Positions 19,837 to 28,530 of a stretch of DNA of 64,000 bases are shown one piece after another. Made by a program: the position numbers and the translations under genes. The stretch's first letter is position 1. Every line of letters begins with the position of its first letter. Source of the DNA: an uncultured virus (IMG/VR IMGVR_UViG_3300036766_002285) (Duplodnaviria; Heunggongvirae; Uroviricota; Caudoviricetes). Location of the stretch: the IMG/VR virus record IMGVR_UViG_3300036766_002285. One strand, 5' to 3'. The notes below the pieces were generated by a model. It saw nothing but the letters and a program-made list of their open reading frames with translations. It was not told where the DNA came from and searched no databases.

Positions 19837-20241
19837 TTAGCCCGCAACCGTAGGTGCAGTTGGAGAATAGTTAGATACCTTCAGCACAGTATTATTTTCA
19901 TTAGGCAGTTGTAGCCCAGAAAAACCTCTAGTTTTTGTATGTCTAGCATACACACATCGTAAAACAAACTCTACTGCTTGGCTTTGAGTTAAAAGTTTAA
20001 AATTGTTCGAAGAAATTTCCTCTAGCCAGCACCCGGGAAATATGACGCTTGGTTGCAAGCCACTTACTTGCTCTATGGTTTCATCAATTAAAACTAATTT
20101 TCTAGCACATAAATCGTTCCAGTGACATAAAGCTTTGAAGTCAGGTACTGTATTTGGCGCAATCAGTGCAAAGGGGAGCTGTCCCATTCGATCCTGAAAT
20201 TTAAGATGAATTGCCGCCAAAATTCTACGAATAAGTTTCAT
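19837..20241 (-). CDS. Hypothetical protein
   Basis: 134-aa ORF with a -10-like CACAGT box just before the ATG. Confidence 0.55.
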   Translation of the reverse strand: MKLIRRILAAIHLKFQDRMGQLPFALIAPNTVPDFKALCHWNDLCARKLVLIDETIEQVSGLQPSVIFPGCWLEEISSNNFKLLTQSQAVEFVLRCVYARHTKTRGFSGLQLPNENNTVLKVSNYSPTAPTVAG

Positions 20242-20304
20242 GAAATATACTGTGCAAAGAAAATAAGAAACGACCAGATATCACTTAAATATAGGATATA
20301 ATAT

Positions 20305-20342
20305 AAAAAGCGCGGCAGGCAACATGCCAACCGCGCTTTTTT
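20305..20342. terminator. Bidirectional intrinsic terminator
   Basis: AAAAAGCGCGG-CAGGCAACATGCCAA-CCGCGCTTTTTT. Confidence 0.8.
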
Positions 20343-20351
20343 GAAAGTTAT

Positions 20352-20903
20352 TTACAGGTATGTACCTGGACGAGAATCTGTCTCTTGTGTTAACAGCAAC
20401 GTTGCATTGTTCATATTTTTGACAATGCTTTTAGCATCTTCCAAAGCTTTTTGTGCTGAAACATTTAAAAGTTCTTCGTTCAGCAAAAATACTGAAGTGC
20501 CATGCACAAGATCTGCCCACTTTGATAGTTGAGCTGCCGCAAAATAAATGCCGTCCATGGTCACTTTCTCAGTGAGTACAGGCACCCAACGGTCTACTCC
20601 AGCTGCAGCAGATTCGTTTAAAGCTGCGCTTATTTCAATTCTAAGTGCCCCGTATTGCTTGGACATAATTTGAATTGTCTCTGGGCTTACTTGCCCACAT
20701 TTATATAGCTCAAGGGCGGTGTCGCGAAGAGTGTCTACTAGTCCAGAGTACCTGTACACAGTAGTCATGTTTAAGATTTCTTCAGGAGTTTTGACGGCAC
20801 TCCAGTCCGTAATTTCGTTTTTGAAAGGTTCTAATGATACACCCGGTTCAATAGTTGTTGAAATGACAGCTGGAACACGTGAAGCTTCTGGAATTATTCG
20901 CAT
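20352..20903 (-). CDS. Divergent bacterial proteasome activator (Bpa/PafE-like)
   Basis: C-terminal RPGTYL (G-x-Y-L proteasome-binding motif); YFAAAQLSKWADLVHG resembles Bpa LRIAQAQLVGWLEGLFHG; similar length. Confidence 0.65.
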   Translation of the reverse strand: MRIIPEASRVPAVISTTIEPGVSLEPFKNEITDWSAVKTPEEILNMTTVYRYSGLVDTLRDTALELYKCGQVSPETIQIMSKQYGALRIEISAALNESAAAGVDRWVPVLTEKVTMDGIYFAAAQLSKWADLVHGTSVFLLNEELLNVSAQKALEDAKSIVKNMNNATLLLTQETDSRPGTYL

Positions 20904-21034
20904 AAGATTCTCTTTTCTAAGAGTGTTTGTTACTTCATGGAACACTGTAGCTGCGATTTCACTATACCCAATAGCTTCTGTTTAAAATATTTTAGGCAAA
21001 GTAGCTAAAAATAATGATTCTATTTGCTGGTTTA

Positions 21035-21805
21035 TTAAAAATCGAACCGATAACCTATACCACGAATAGCTTTAATGTGCCTAGGGGCGTTAGGCGAGTC
21101 CCCAATCTTTTTGCGAAGTCGCCTTATATGCTCAGTAACTGTAGCCGGGCTTCGATCATTTTTATCTACTTTCCAGACATGTTTTAGAAGGTCATTGCGA
21201 GTAAAAACTACTCCCTGGTTACGTACCATAAATAAAAGAAGGTCAAATTCACAAGTGGTTAAACTTATAACTGCACCCAGGCAGGTAACAAGGCGAGCTC
21301 CTATATCTATATCTATACCTTCACATGTCAGAACATCTTTATGTTTAGTATTACTGCGCTTTAAAACACTTTTAGCGCGGTGAGCAAGCTCGAGAGGTGA
21401 GAAAGGTTTAGTTACATAGTCATCAGCCCCACTTTCAAATCCCAGTATGCGGGCATCTTCCTCGCCCCGGTCAGTACAGATAATTACAGGGAGGTCATCG
21501 TACCCACGAAGAGTTTTTAGAAGCTCTAACCCATCGCCGTCGGGTAAATTCAAGTCTAGAATCATGAGATCCGGGCGGTAGTTGCTTAGGACAAATGTAG
21601 CATGGGCGGCTGTTTCTGCTGTCGTGCATAGAAAACCGCTACGTCGCAAAGTCTCTATAATACTATCACGGATATTGGTATCATTATCTACAACAAGTAC
21701 TCGGGATCCGGTGCTTATGGCAGTTGGCGTACTTTGCTTTGTATTGTTCACATATTTTATAGTCCATAGGGCTCTAAAGTACGCATGGGGGTTGACCTTT
21801 TGCAT
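21035..21805 (-). CDS. OmpR-family DNA-binding response regulator (true start probably later)
   Basis: LILDLNLPDGDG, GADDYVTKPFS, winged-helix TVTEHIRRLRKKI...RGIGYRF. Confidence 0.92.
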   Translation of the reverse strand: MQKVNPHAYFRALWTIKYVNNTKQSTPTAISTGSRVLVVDNDTNIRDSIIETLRRSGFLCTTAETAAHATFVLSNYRPDLMILDLNLPDGDGLELLKTLRGYDDLPVIICTDRGEEDARILGFESGADDYVTKPFSPLELAHRAKSVLKRSNTKHKDVLTCEGIDIDIGARLVTCLGAVISLTTCEFDLLLFMVRNQGVVFTRNDLLKHVWKVDKNDRSPATVTEHIRRLRKKIGDSPNAPRHIKAIRGIGYRFDF

Positions 21806-21893
21806 AAAATAATTAAAGCCGCACAGCTAAATTAGCACCAATAGTAGTATTATTAAGGGGAGGATTACACTAAAAATAGCGTATTTAAAATTT

Positions 21894-22184
21894 ATGACAA
21901 CTGCAGTAGACACCGATACAATAACAAAAGAATTAGCAGGAGTATTGGACGGTTTCTGGTATGTCATTGTCTATAATGACGATGTCACTACCTTTGATAC
22001 AGTAGAGCGCGCCCTAGTAGAGTTATTTGCTCACACACCTCAAGCCGCTCACGCGTTAGCTATGCGAATTCACACCCATGGGAAGGCAATTGTAGCTATG
22101 TGCTCTCACGCCGAAGCACTGAAGGGCCAAAGCGGCTTACAAGCCAGAAAAATACTATGCACCATAGAAGAAGCCGGAAAATAG
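21894..22184 (+). CDS. clpS: ATP-dependent Clp protease adaptor ClpS
   Basis: VIVYNDDVTTFDTV...AMRIHTHGKAIV. Confidence 0.85.
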   Translation: MTTAVDTDTITKELAGVLDGFWYVIVYNDDVTTFDTVERALVELFAHTPQAAHALAMRIHTHGKAIVAMCSHAEALKGQSGLQARKILCTIEEAGK

Positions 22185-22204
22185 AAGAATATCTAGGACG
22201 GCTA

Positions 22205-22645
22205 ATGAGAAATACTACTACTGCTCAGATACTAGACATAGTTAAAAATAAGGGAACTTTAAATGGTCTAGATTTAACCAATATTAATCTGAATTATGCA
22301 AGTCTAGTAAATGTAGAAATATGTAATACTTGTTTAGAAAAAGCAGATCTGACACACGCAGATCTTAGTGGTGCCGTGCTTCAAAATACAAGTTTTGTAG
22401 GAGCTAATATGCAAAATATAAATTTAACAGCAGCCGATCTTAGTTGCGCTAATCTAACTAAAGCAGACCTGACGGGAGCTGACCTTAAAAACAGCAATCT
22501 GACAAACGTAATAATGAGGGAAACATGCCTGGTAGACGCCAATCTTACGGGAGCTAAAATAGATATAAAAACCTTAAAAAAGGCATTATTACACAACACA
22601 ACTATGCCGGACGGTAAAATTTATAAATACATGCGCTTTTTCTAG
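22205..22645 (+). CDS. Pentapeptide-repeat protein
   Basis: ADLTH/ADLSG repeats; TTMPDG; start MRNTTT. Confidence 0.88.
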   Translation: MRNTTTAQILDIVKNKGTLNGLDLTNINLNYASLVNVEICNTCLEKADLTHADLSGAVLQNTSFVGANMQNINLTAADLSCANLTKADLTGADLKNSNLTNVIMRETCLVDANLTGAKIDIKTLKKALLHNTTMPDGKIYKYMRFF

Positions 22646-22827
22646 ATAGTTAGTATTTCTATATAACAATACAGTATGTTTTATAGCAGGTTTATCTTTT
22701 AGGGAGTCACTAGCCCTATGGCCCTAAATTTCCACCATATTTTAGTTCAATATTCAGACCATCTTAATTACTTGTTTATGTCTCATTAGCCCGTACAGTA
22801 TAAAAGACACAAAAGGAGCTTTACCTT

Positions 22828-23088
22828 ATGAAATTCTTTGGAAAAAAAGACTCGAATACAGCACCGGGCGCAACGGCATCCCCAGTGAATAAAACACCCC
22901 TAGCTGCTGATGCTGCTGAAAAGTGGTCAGTAGGTAGCGATGTGCGTGATATAGCTCACGATAAAAGAGTATCTATAGAGGAAGCAGTTTCTATATTTGC
23001 TGAAAATAGCAATCTGAGTAAAGATGAAATTACTGAATGTGTAAGCTTATATGACAGCTGGGCCGTCGAACCAGATCTATTTTCATAA
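22828..23088 (+). CDS. Hypothetical protein, paralogue of 23211
   Basis: DVRDIAHDKRVSIEEA...ECVSLYD. Confidence 0.7.
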   Translation: MKFFGKKDSNTAPGATASPVNKTPLAADAAEKWSVGSDVRDIAHDKRVSIEEAVSIFAENSNLSKDEITECVSLYDSWAVEPDLFS

Positions 23089-23210
23089 AGGAGAAACGAT
23101 ATGACAGCTAACAAGCTATCTACACAGTATTTTCTAACATTTAGACATTTTCAGTTTTTTGCGCCCGCCCTTGCGTCCCGCACAATAATATCAGACCACG
23201 GAGGTTTATC

Positions 23211-23429
23211 ATGGGTATAGGAAAAGAGCTTCGGCTTAATGCGTTAGCTTCGATGTCTGATAAAGAAAAACGTAAAATAGGTAAAGATATACGAGACATC
23301 GAACGCCACAAAAGAGTATCTTTAGAAGAAGCCATTGCTTTATATTCCAAAGATACTTTTTTTAAAGACAATCTTTTAAGTTCTGATCAGCTCGCCGAAT
23401 GCGTGAATTTTTATGATAGTTCTAATTAA
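23211..23429 (+). CDS. Hypothetical protein, paralogue of 22828
   Basis: DIRDIERHKRVSLEEA...ECVNFYD; GGAGG SD. Confidence 0.7.
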   Translation: MGIGKELRLNALASMSDKEKRKIGKDIRDIERHKRVSLEEAIALYSKDTFFKDNLLSSDQLAECVNFYDSSN

Positions 23430-23444
23430 CCTTGGAGGTTTATA

Positions 23445-23918
23445 ATGATAAATATTTGTGAAGAGTATACCAAGGATTATACCAAAGAAGAGATCACTTT
23501 AGAGTTAGCTAATAATCCAAAGCTAACCCCAAGAGAGCTAGAGATCCTTGAAGCTCTAGCTGCTTGGGCCGATTGTTTGACTAAAAACTCAAGCAGACAA
23601 GAAGCAGTAGATGAGTTTGCAAAATGGTTGAATGCTAACGTTCCTTCGGCCCCGGCTGGTGTTTATCCTCTTAGTTTTAGCTTTTCTGAGTCTTTACGTC
23701 ACGAACTCTTTGTTTGGGGACAAATTGCAGGCAATTCACTTTGGGACAGTGAAGTACTCCAAGAAATGGTTGTAGCCAGAGCCGCCGGCGATTCTGATAA
23801 AACTCAAGCTGCTTGGCTTAAATTAAACAGAGAGTGGCGAGTGCTAGCAATGCTGCAGCCAGGAGATGAGCAATATTTCTGGAACAATGTAATGCGTGCT
23901 GCCAACAAACTGCCATAA
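23445..23918 (+). CDS. Tandem family protein 1 of 3
   Basis: YTKEEI...WxQIxGNxLWDSE motif shared by three adjacent genes. Confidence 0.75.
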   Translation: MINICEEYTKDYTKEEITLELANNPKLTPRELEILEALAAWADCLTKNSSRQEAVDEFAKWLNANVPSAPAGVYPLSFSFSESLRHELFVWGQIAGNSLWDSEVLQEMVVARAAGDSDKTQAAWLKLNREWRVLAMLQPGDEQYFWNNVMRAANKLP

Positions 23919-23981
23919 TACCAGTTACTTATAATCCAGCCACTATAGTATTTAGTAAGCAGCTACTTAAGGAGAAATGTT

Positions 23982-24422
23982 ATGGATGAAGAATACACAA
24001 GAGAAGAAATTGAACTGTATTCTAGTACTGGATATTGGAAAGGAAAAGATGAGGTATTATTAAAATGGGCAGATCTTATAGCTGAGAGTTCGAGTCGCAC
24101 TCAGGCTGTAGACACCTTCGCAAGATGGCTACATGCCCGCGATCCTGCGTCCAGTTTAGACAGTTGGCCGCTCGGTGTATATGTATCCCAAACCCTATCT
24201 CAAGAGTTGTTTACTTGGAGTCAAATTCCAGGTAACAAACTTTGGGATAGCGAAGTACTTCAAGAAATGATCGCAGCTAGAGCAGCTGGAGACCCGGGTG
24301 CGACCCAAACAGCTTGGAATAAACTTAGTAAAGAATGGCGGATATTAGCACTTAAGCAGCCAATCGATGAACAGCGGTTCTGGGGCAAGGTGCACGTAGC
24401 TGCGTCCAGGCTAATTTCGTAG
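23982..24422 (+). CDS. Tandem family protein 2 of 3
   Basis: WSQIPGNKLWDSEVLQEM. Confidence 0.75.
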   Translation: MDEEYTREEIELYSSTGYWKGKDEVLLKWADLIAESSSRTQAVDTFARWLHARDPASSLDSWPLGVYVSQTLSQELFTWSQIPGNKLWDSEVLQEMIAARAAGDPGATQTAWNKLSKEWRILALKQPIDEQRFWGKVHVAASRLIS

Positions 24423-24484
24423 CTTTGTTACTTGCAGGATCGCTACAACAGTATACAGTGAACAACTACTCAAGGAGAAATGTG

Positions 24485-24979
24485 ATGGAAAAAGAGTACA
24501 CAAAAGAAGAGATTTTATCTCGCAGTGTTGAGGGAAGTGAACAATTCACGAAGCGAAATTGGAGAAATATTCAAACAGATACTTCACAGCTAAAGTGGGT
24601 TAGTTGCTTAGAAAGTGCTCCGGATCGTAATGCCGCAGTTGTCATGTTCGCTAAATGGTTGGACAAAGAAGTACTTGAGCAGCTTCAGTCTGAAAGAAAT
24701 GCTTGGCAAATAAATGCTGTACTAGATATGTCGCATTTATTAGTTCAAGATCTGTACAGATGGGCACAAATTGCTGGCAACAATTTATGGGACAGCGAGC
24801 TGCTACAAAAAGCTCAAGTTGCCAGACAGACTAATGACAGAGCTTGCGTGCTAGACTGTGTAGCCAACATGAGCAGAGCTTGGAGATTAATGCTTGTACG
24901 CCAAGAATCAGCTGAAGCGGCATTTTGGCAAGCAACTATAGAAGAACGTATAGCCGATAAGAAAACAAATTTAGAATAA
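24485..24979 (+). CDS. Tandem family protein 3 of 3
   Basis: AAGGAG SD before MEKEYTKEEI; WAQIAGNNLWDSE. Confidence 0.75.
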   Translation: MEKEYTKEEILSRSVEGSEQFTKRNWRNIQTDTSQLKWVSCLESAPDRNAAVVMFAKWLDKEVLEQLQSERNAWQINAVLDMSHLLVQDLYRWAQIAGNNLWDSELLQKAQVARQTNDRACVLDCVANMSRAWRLMLVRQESAEAAFWQATIEERIADKKTNLE

Positions 24980-25012
24980 TTATGAACTATATAAAAATCT
25001 TGCCTTAGACAC

Positions 25013-25462
25013 TTAAGGCTTAACTATTCTAACAGGCCGCACGTACATTAGTTCACTTTTCTCCTCATAACAATGATCCTCATAGAGATCCCCACCATAA
25101 CCCACAACGAACTGGAAAAAATGTGCCTCATTTAGACCGGTACTATTAGCACTCCAGTACTTGTCATCATAATCTGCATCCATGTCCCCTATGTCCGCTA
25201 AGGGGTCACTATTATCGATAGCTGTAAAATTTCCAAGACCCATAGAATACACTTCATACCAGGCTGCCACTAAAATTTCGATGGTTGGTAAAAACCAATC
25301 TGTATGGCCATTTCCAGCATAATTTATGCAAGCCTGTCTGGCGTCTTCCCAGTTTAACTTGGGGTCACTATCTGTACCATACCAAGTATATGGAGCCAAT
25401 TCGATTTTACCCCATTTGTAGTCACTAAAAATTTTAAATATTATATTTTTATTCTGGCTCAT
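25013..25462 (-). CDS. DUF1566-like (C-type-lectin-fold) protein
   Basis: DWFLPT..L / YWS / VRPVR. Confidence 0.75.
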   Translation of the reverse strand: MSQNKNIIFKIFSDYKWGKIELAPYTWYGTDSDPKLNWEDARQACINYAGNGHTDWFLPTIEILVAAWYEVYSMGLGNFTAIDNSDPLADIGDMDADYDDKYWSANSTGLNEAHFFQFVVGYGGDLYEDHCYEEKSELMYVRPVRIVKP

Positions 25463-25937
25463 ACTTGCTCCTCATTATCTTGAACTATTCTAACTGGACG
25501 AACGAACATTAATTCGCTTTTCTTATCATGATTATCATCATCTTCGACATAGTCAAACGTACAAAAAGCAGCTTCATCTATACCACGCTCAGTGCTGCTC
25601 CAATAGCAGTCATTAATACAAACAAAAGTTGCACCGCAGGTAGTCACATTCTCAAAAATCGAAAATTCTCCAAGTTCGTTTCTGTGGAGTTCACTCTGCA
25701 TTGCTGTTAAAACATCAATACTTGGTAAAAACCAATCTTTATTTCCATCACCAGTATAGCTATTGCAAGCCGACACAGCATCCTGCCAGCTTAAGGCGGG
25801 GTCACTGGCGGTACCGAACCAGGTATTGGGAGCAACCTCAACTTGCCAGCTATCACGCCTATCACTTAAAAATTTAAATATTATATTTTTATTCTGGCTC
25901 ATACTTGCTCCTCATTATCTTGAACTATTCTAACTGG
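25433..25937. repeat. 65-bp perfect direct repeats (25433-25497 and 25873-25937) spanning gene junctions
   Basis: Both encode the ...PVRIVQDNEEQV*/MSQNKNIIFK junction. Confidence 0.85.
25459..25902 (-). CDS. DUF1566-like protein
   Basis: DWFLPSID / YWSSTE / VRPVR. Confidence 0.75.
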   Translation of the reverse strand: MSQNKNIIFKFLSDRRDSWQVEVAPNTWFGTASDPALSWQDAVSACNSYTGDGNKDWFLPSIDVLTAMQSELHRNELGEFSIFENVTTCGATFVCINDCYWSSTERGIDEAAFCTFDYVEDDDNHDKKSELMFVRPVRIVQDNEEQV

Positions 25938-26336
25938 TCGCACATACATCAGTTCACTTTTTTTGGCATAATTATCATCATCGGAACCAAAATCGAACAT
26001 AACATATGCAGCTTCTTCTATACCACGTTCAGTACAGCTCCAGTACTGAACGTCAACAGAATTCTCATCATCAATGACACCCGTTTCAATGACCGTAAAT
26101 TCTCCAAGGTTGCTACAATGAAGCTCATCTTGCATTGCTCTTAAAACATCAATACTTGGTAAAAACCAATCTCTATGACCCGCCCTAGTATAGTCAGCAC
26201 AAGCTTGTTTGGCGTCTTTCCAGTTTAATTTAGGGTCACTAGAACCACGAAACCAAGTACAGGGAGCAACCTCAACCTGGTAATTGGTTGTATAGTTGCT
26301 TCGAAATTTAAATATTATATCCTTATTTGATCCCAT
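25899..26336 (-). CDS. DUF1566-like protein
   Basis: DWFLPSID / YWSCTE / VRPVR. Confidence 0.75.
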   Translation of the reverse strand: MGSNKDIIFKFRSNYTTNYQVEVAPCTWFRGSSDPKLNWKDAKQACADYTRAGHRDWFLPSIDVLRAMQDELHCSNLGEFTVIETGVIDDENSVDVQYWSCTERGIEEAAYVMFDFGSDDDNYAKKSELMYVRPVRIVQDNEEQV

Positions 26337-26428
26337 ATTTACTCCTTATTCAGGTACCCAGTACCCTCAGCGCGCACAAGAAATATCAAAGCAAATGTCG
26401 TAAATACCGGTTTAAGCACTATAATATT

Positions 26429-27259
26429 ATGACAAATACTGATCACTTGGACACTATTTCGCAAAAAGATGCTGTTGATAGTACCAAAAAGTTACAAGGA
26501 CTTCTGCCAAGCGCAATACAAAAAATTGTTACAGCAAGTGCCCCGCTCGAGATAGTTTTATATGGATCTTTAGCACGTGGTACCGACGGTCCAAATTCTG
26601 ATATAGATTTACTCGTAGTATTCGAGCAACTTAATCAAGCAGAGAGAAAGCTACTACTTGACCGCTGCTATGCGGCTATAAGCGGCAAAGTGGATGTGAC
26701 GATCGCAGATCTTGCTACTATTACAAAATATCGCGATACTGTGGGGTCACTGTTTTATTGGACGCAACGTGACGGAAAAGTTGTTTATACAAAACCAGGT
26801 GCCACAAAAAGTGTCACAGACCCATACACTCCTATAATACTTACGCCAAGTGAGATTTTAGCTGAACAACTACTTGAAGCAACCAAATGGTTAGATCGTG
26901 CTAAAGGACAGCTCGAGTCCATAAAGAAAATACAAGCCGCTCAACCAGATATGATGGGAAGCTATTTCGGTTATAGCGCTTTCAATGCTAGTCAGCTTGC
27001 ATTGAAAGCTGGCCTTGTTTATTATAATACACCCTTTCGAAAAACATATGATCTTGCATTCTTGGTAAGCCAACTACCAGCAGCACTACAAGAAAAATTT
27101 GATAATTTAGATCTAAACCAACTACAAAAGTGGTCTGACAACGGCTGGCCGCTAGATGATTGGGATCTTCGCGAAGAAATACAAGATGACACTATTTATG
27201 AGACGTGCACACCCCTTGCAGAATATATAATAACTACTATTGACGGCGTAGTGCAATGA
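26429..27259 (+). CDS. Minimal nucleotidyltransferase (MNT) fused to a HEPN domain
   Basis: LYGSLARGTDGPNSDIDLLVV; WLDRA...F.A.Q.ALKA...PFRKTYDL; TATAAT just before ATG 26429. Confidence 0.82.
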   Translation: MTNTDHLDTISQKDAVDSTKKLQGLLPSAIQKIVTASAPLEIVLYGSLARGTDGPNSDIDLLVVFEQLNQAERKLLLDRCYAAISGKVDVTIADLATITKYRDTVGSLFYWTQRDGKVVYTKPGATKSVTDPYTPIILTPSEILAEQLLEATKWLDRAKGQLESIKKIQAAQPDMMGSYFGYSAFNASQLALKAGLVYYNTPFRKTYDLAFLVSQLPAALQEKFDNLDLNQLQKWSDNGWPLDDWDLREEIQDDTIYETCTPLAEYIITTIDGVVQ

Positions 27260-28062
27260 AATCTTACAAAAAGAGAGACTATATAAAAAAGTCAATTGTA
27301 ACTAGCATTGTAGCAATTATGCTAGCTCTAGTATCTTCTGTCTCGGCTTCAGCCATTTCGAACGGAGAGCCAGTAGCGGATCCGGTTACGGAATTTCCTA
27401 TGGTAGTTCCAGTATGGACGAACGGTTTTACCTTATGTTCTGGCACGTTGCTTTCGCAGCGAATAGTGTTAACCTCCGCTCACTGTATTATAGGACGTAA
27501 AATACTACAAGTCGAAATTGGAGCCTCAAAACTTAATACAGTCAGCAAATACAAAGTTGATGCAGTATGGATCCACCCAGGCTATGAAGAAGTTTACCAT
27601 CATAATGATCTGGCGCTTTTGCACCTAAATATGGCCGTACCCGTCACTCAGTTTGCTAAACTTCCAGAGAGCAAGCAAGCTATTCTAGATAAAAGCTTCC
27701 TTTTCGTTGGCTGGGGCAATGTGCAAGAAGGAGTCAGAACAGGCGATCTACACAAGCTAGTGTTAGATAACAAAACTTTGCTTGCCAAAGGTTTGTGGCC
27801 AACAGCGTTTGATTCAACAATCATGCTTGGGGCCGGAAAGCGATTCGCTGACGGAGTGCGTTATGGAAGCGGCTGCATATCTGACTCTGGCGCCCCGCTG
27901 TTTACAGTCGACGGGAAAACCATTATAGGGGTAGCTTCAATGGCTATGCTTCCTTGCGGCAGTCCTTATCCAACTACATTTACTCGTCTCGATTATTATC
28001 TAGATGACATTAAAGCAGGCATGAGGCAGGTTATTAAAAACGTAAAATGGCTTCGAAGGTAG
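27256..28062 (+). CDS. Secreted trypsin-like (S1) serine protease
   Basis: Signal peptide; CSGTL...TSAHC, NDLALL, SDSGAP. Confidence 0.88.
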   Translation: MKSYKKRDYIKKSIVTSIVAIMLALVSSVSASAISNGEPVADPVTEFPMVVPVWTNGFTLCSGTLLSQRIVLTSAHCIIGRKILQVEIGASKLNTVSKYKVDAVWIHPGYEEVYHHNDLALLHLNMAVPVTQFAKLPESKQAILDKSFLFVGWGNVQEGVRTGDLHKLVLDNKTLLAKGLWPTAFDSTIMLGAGKRFADGVRYGSGCISDSGAPLFTVDGKTIIGVASMAMLPCGSPYPTTFTRLDYYLDDIKAGMRQVIKNVKWLRR

Positions 28063-28151
28063 TACTTTAGATATTTTAATAATTAGACTTATAGGTCCCT
28101 TGCCACTGCCAGCGAGGCGCTGACAGTATGTGGCAATAAAGGAGATCTGAA

Positions 28152-28409
28152 ATGTTTGGAAAAAAGAAGAAAGAAGATAAAATAGTAGACGATGCCTTCA
28201 AGAAAGCTTTCAATACCGCGCCAGTTTATCATGTCGGTGAAACCGTCTGGGTAAGAATTGATCCGCCCCAACAGCCGCAATTAGCAGTTGTGCTGGATAT
28301 TGATGTTTATGATAAATGGCATGTATTAGTAGAGATTAAAGATACCGGTAAAGAAGTATGGGTAGGTAGCATAGATTCTCCAGAAGTGACGAAGTCTTTT
28401 ATTTGTTGA
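28152..28409 (+). CDS. SH3/KOW-like protein; its stop codon lies inside the tnpB right end
   Basis: AAGGAG SD; YHVGETVWV; TGA 28407-28409 is within the TTGA element end. Confidence 0.65.
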   Translation: MFGKKKKEDKIVDDAFKKAFNTAPVYHVGETVWVRIDPPQQPQLAVVLDIDVYDKWHVLVEIKDTGKEVWVGSIDSPEVTKSFIC

Positions 28410-28530
28410 CATCCTCCTCACAGTTTTAACAACTATAAGGATTCCAGTTACTATTGTAGTAGTAACTGAGGTACGCGGCTCACAGGCCTGGATAACTCCA
28501 AGCCTCCCCGCGAAAATACGACGTGTCCCG
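28406..28530 (-). ncRNA. Putative omegaRNA 3' scaffold / right end, lineage A copy 1
   Basis: CCTCAGTTACT...AGTAACTGGAATCC-hairpin-GGAGGATGTCAA is shared by three copies and similarity ends exactly at TCAA. Confidence 0.75.

Noticed and set aside
25013..26336. Diversity-generating retroelement acting on the DUF1566-like genes
   Set aside because: C-terminal regions differ largely at third codon positions rather than in an adenine-specific pattern. No template repeat or reverse transcriptase is in the window, though one elsewhere is not excluded.
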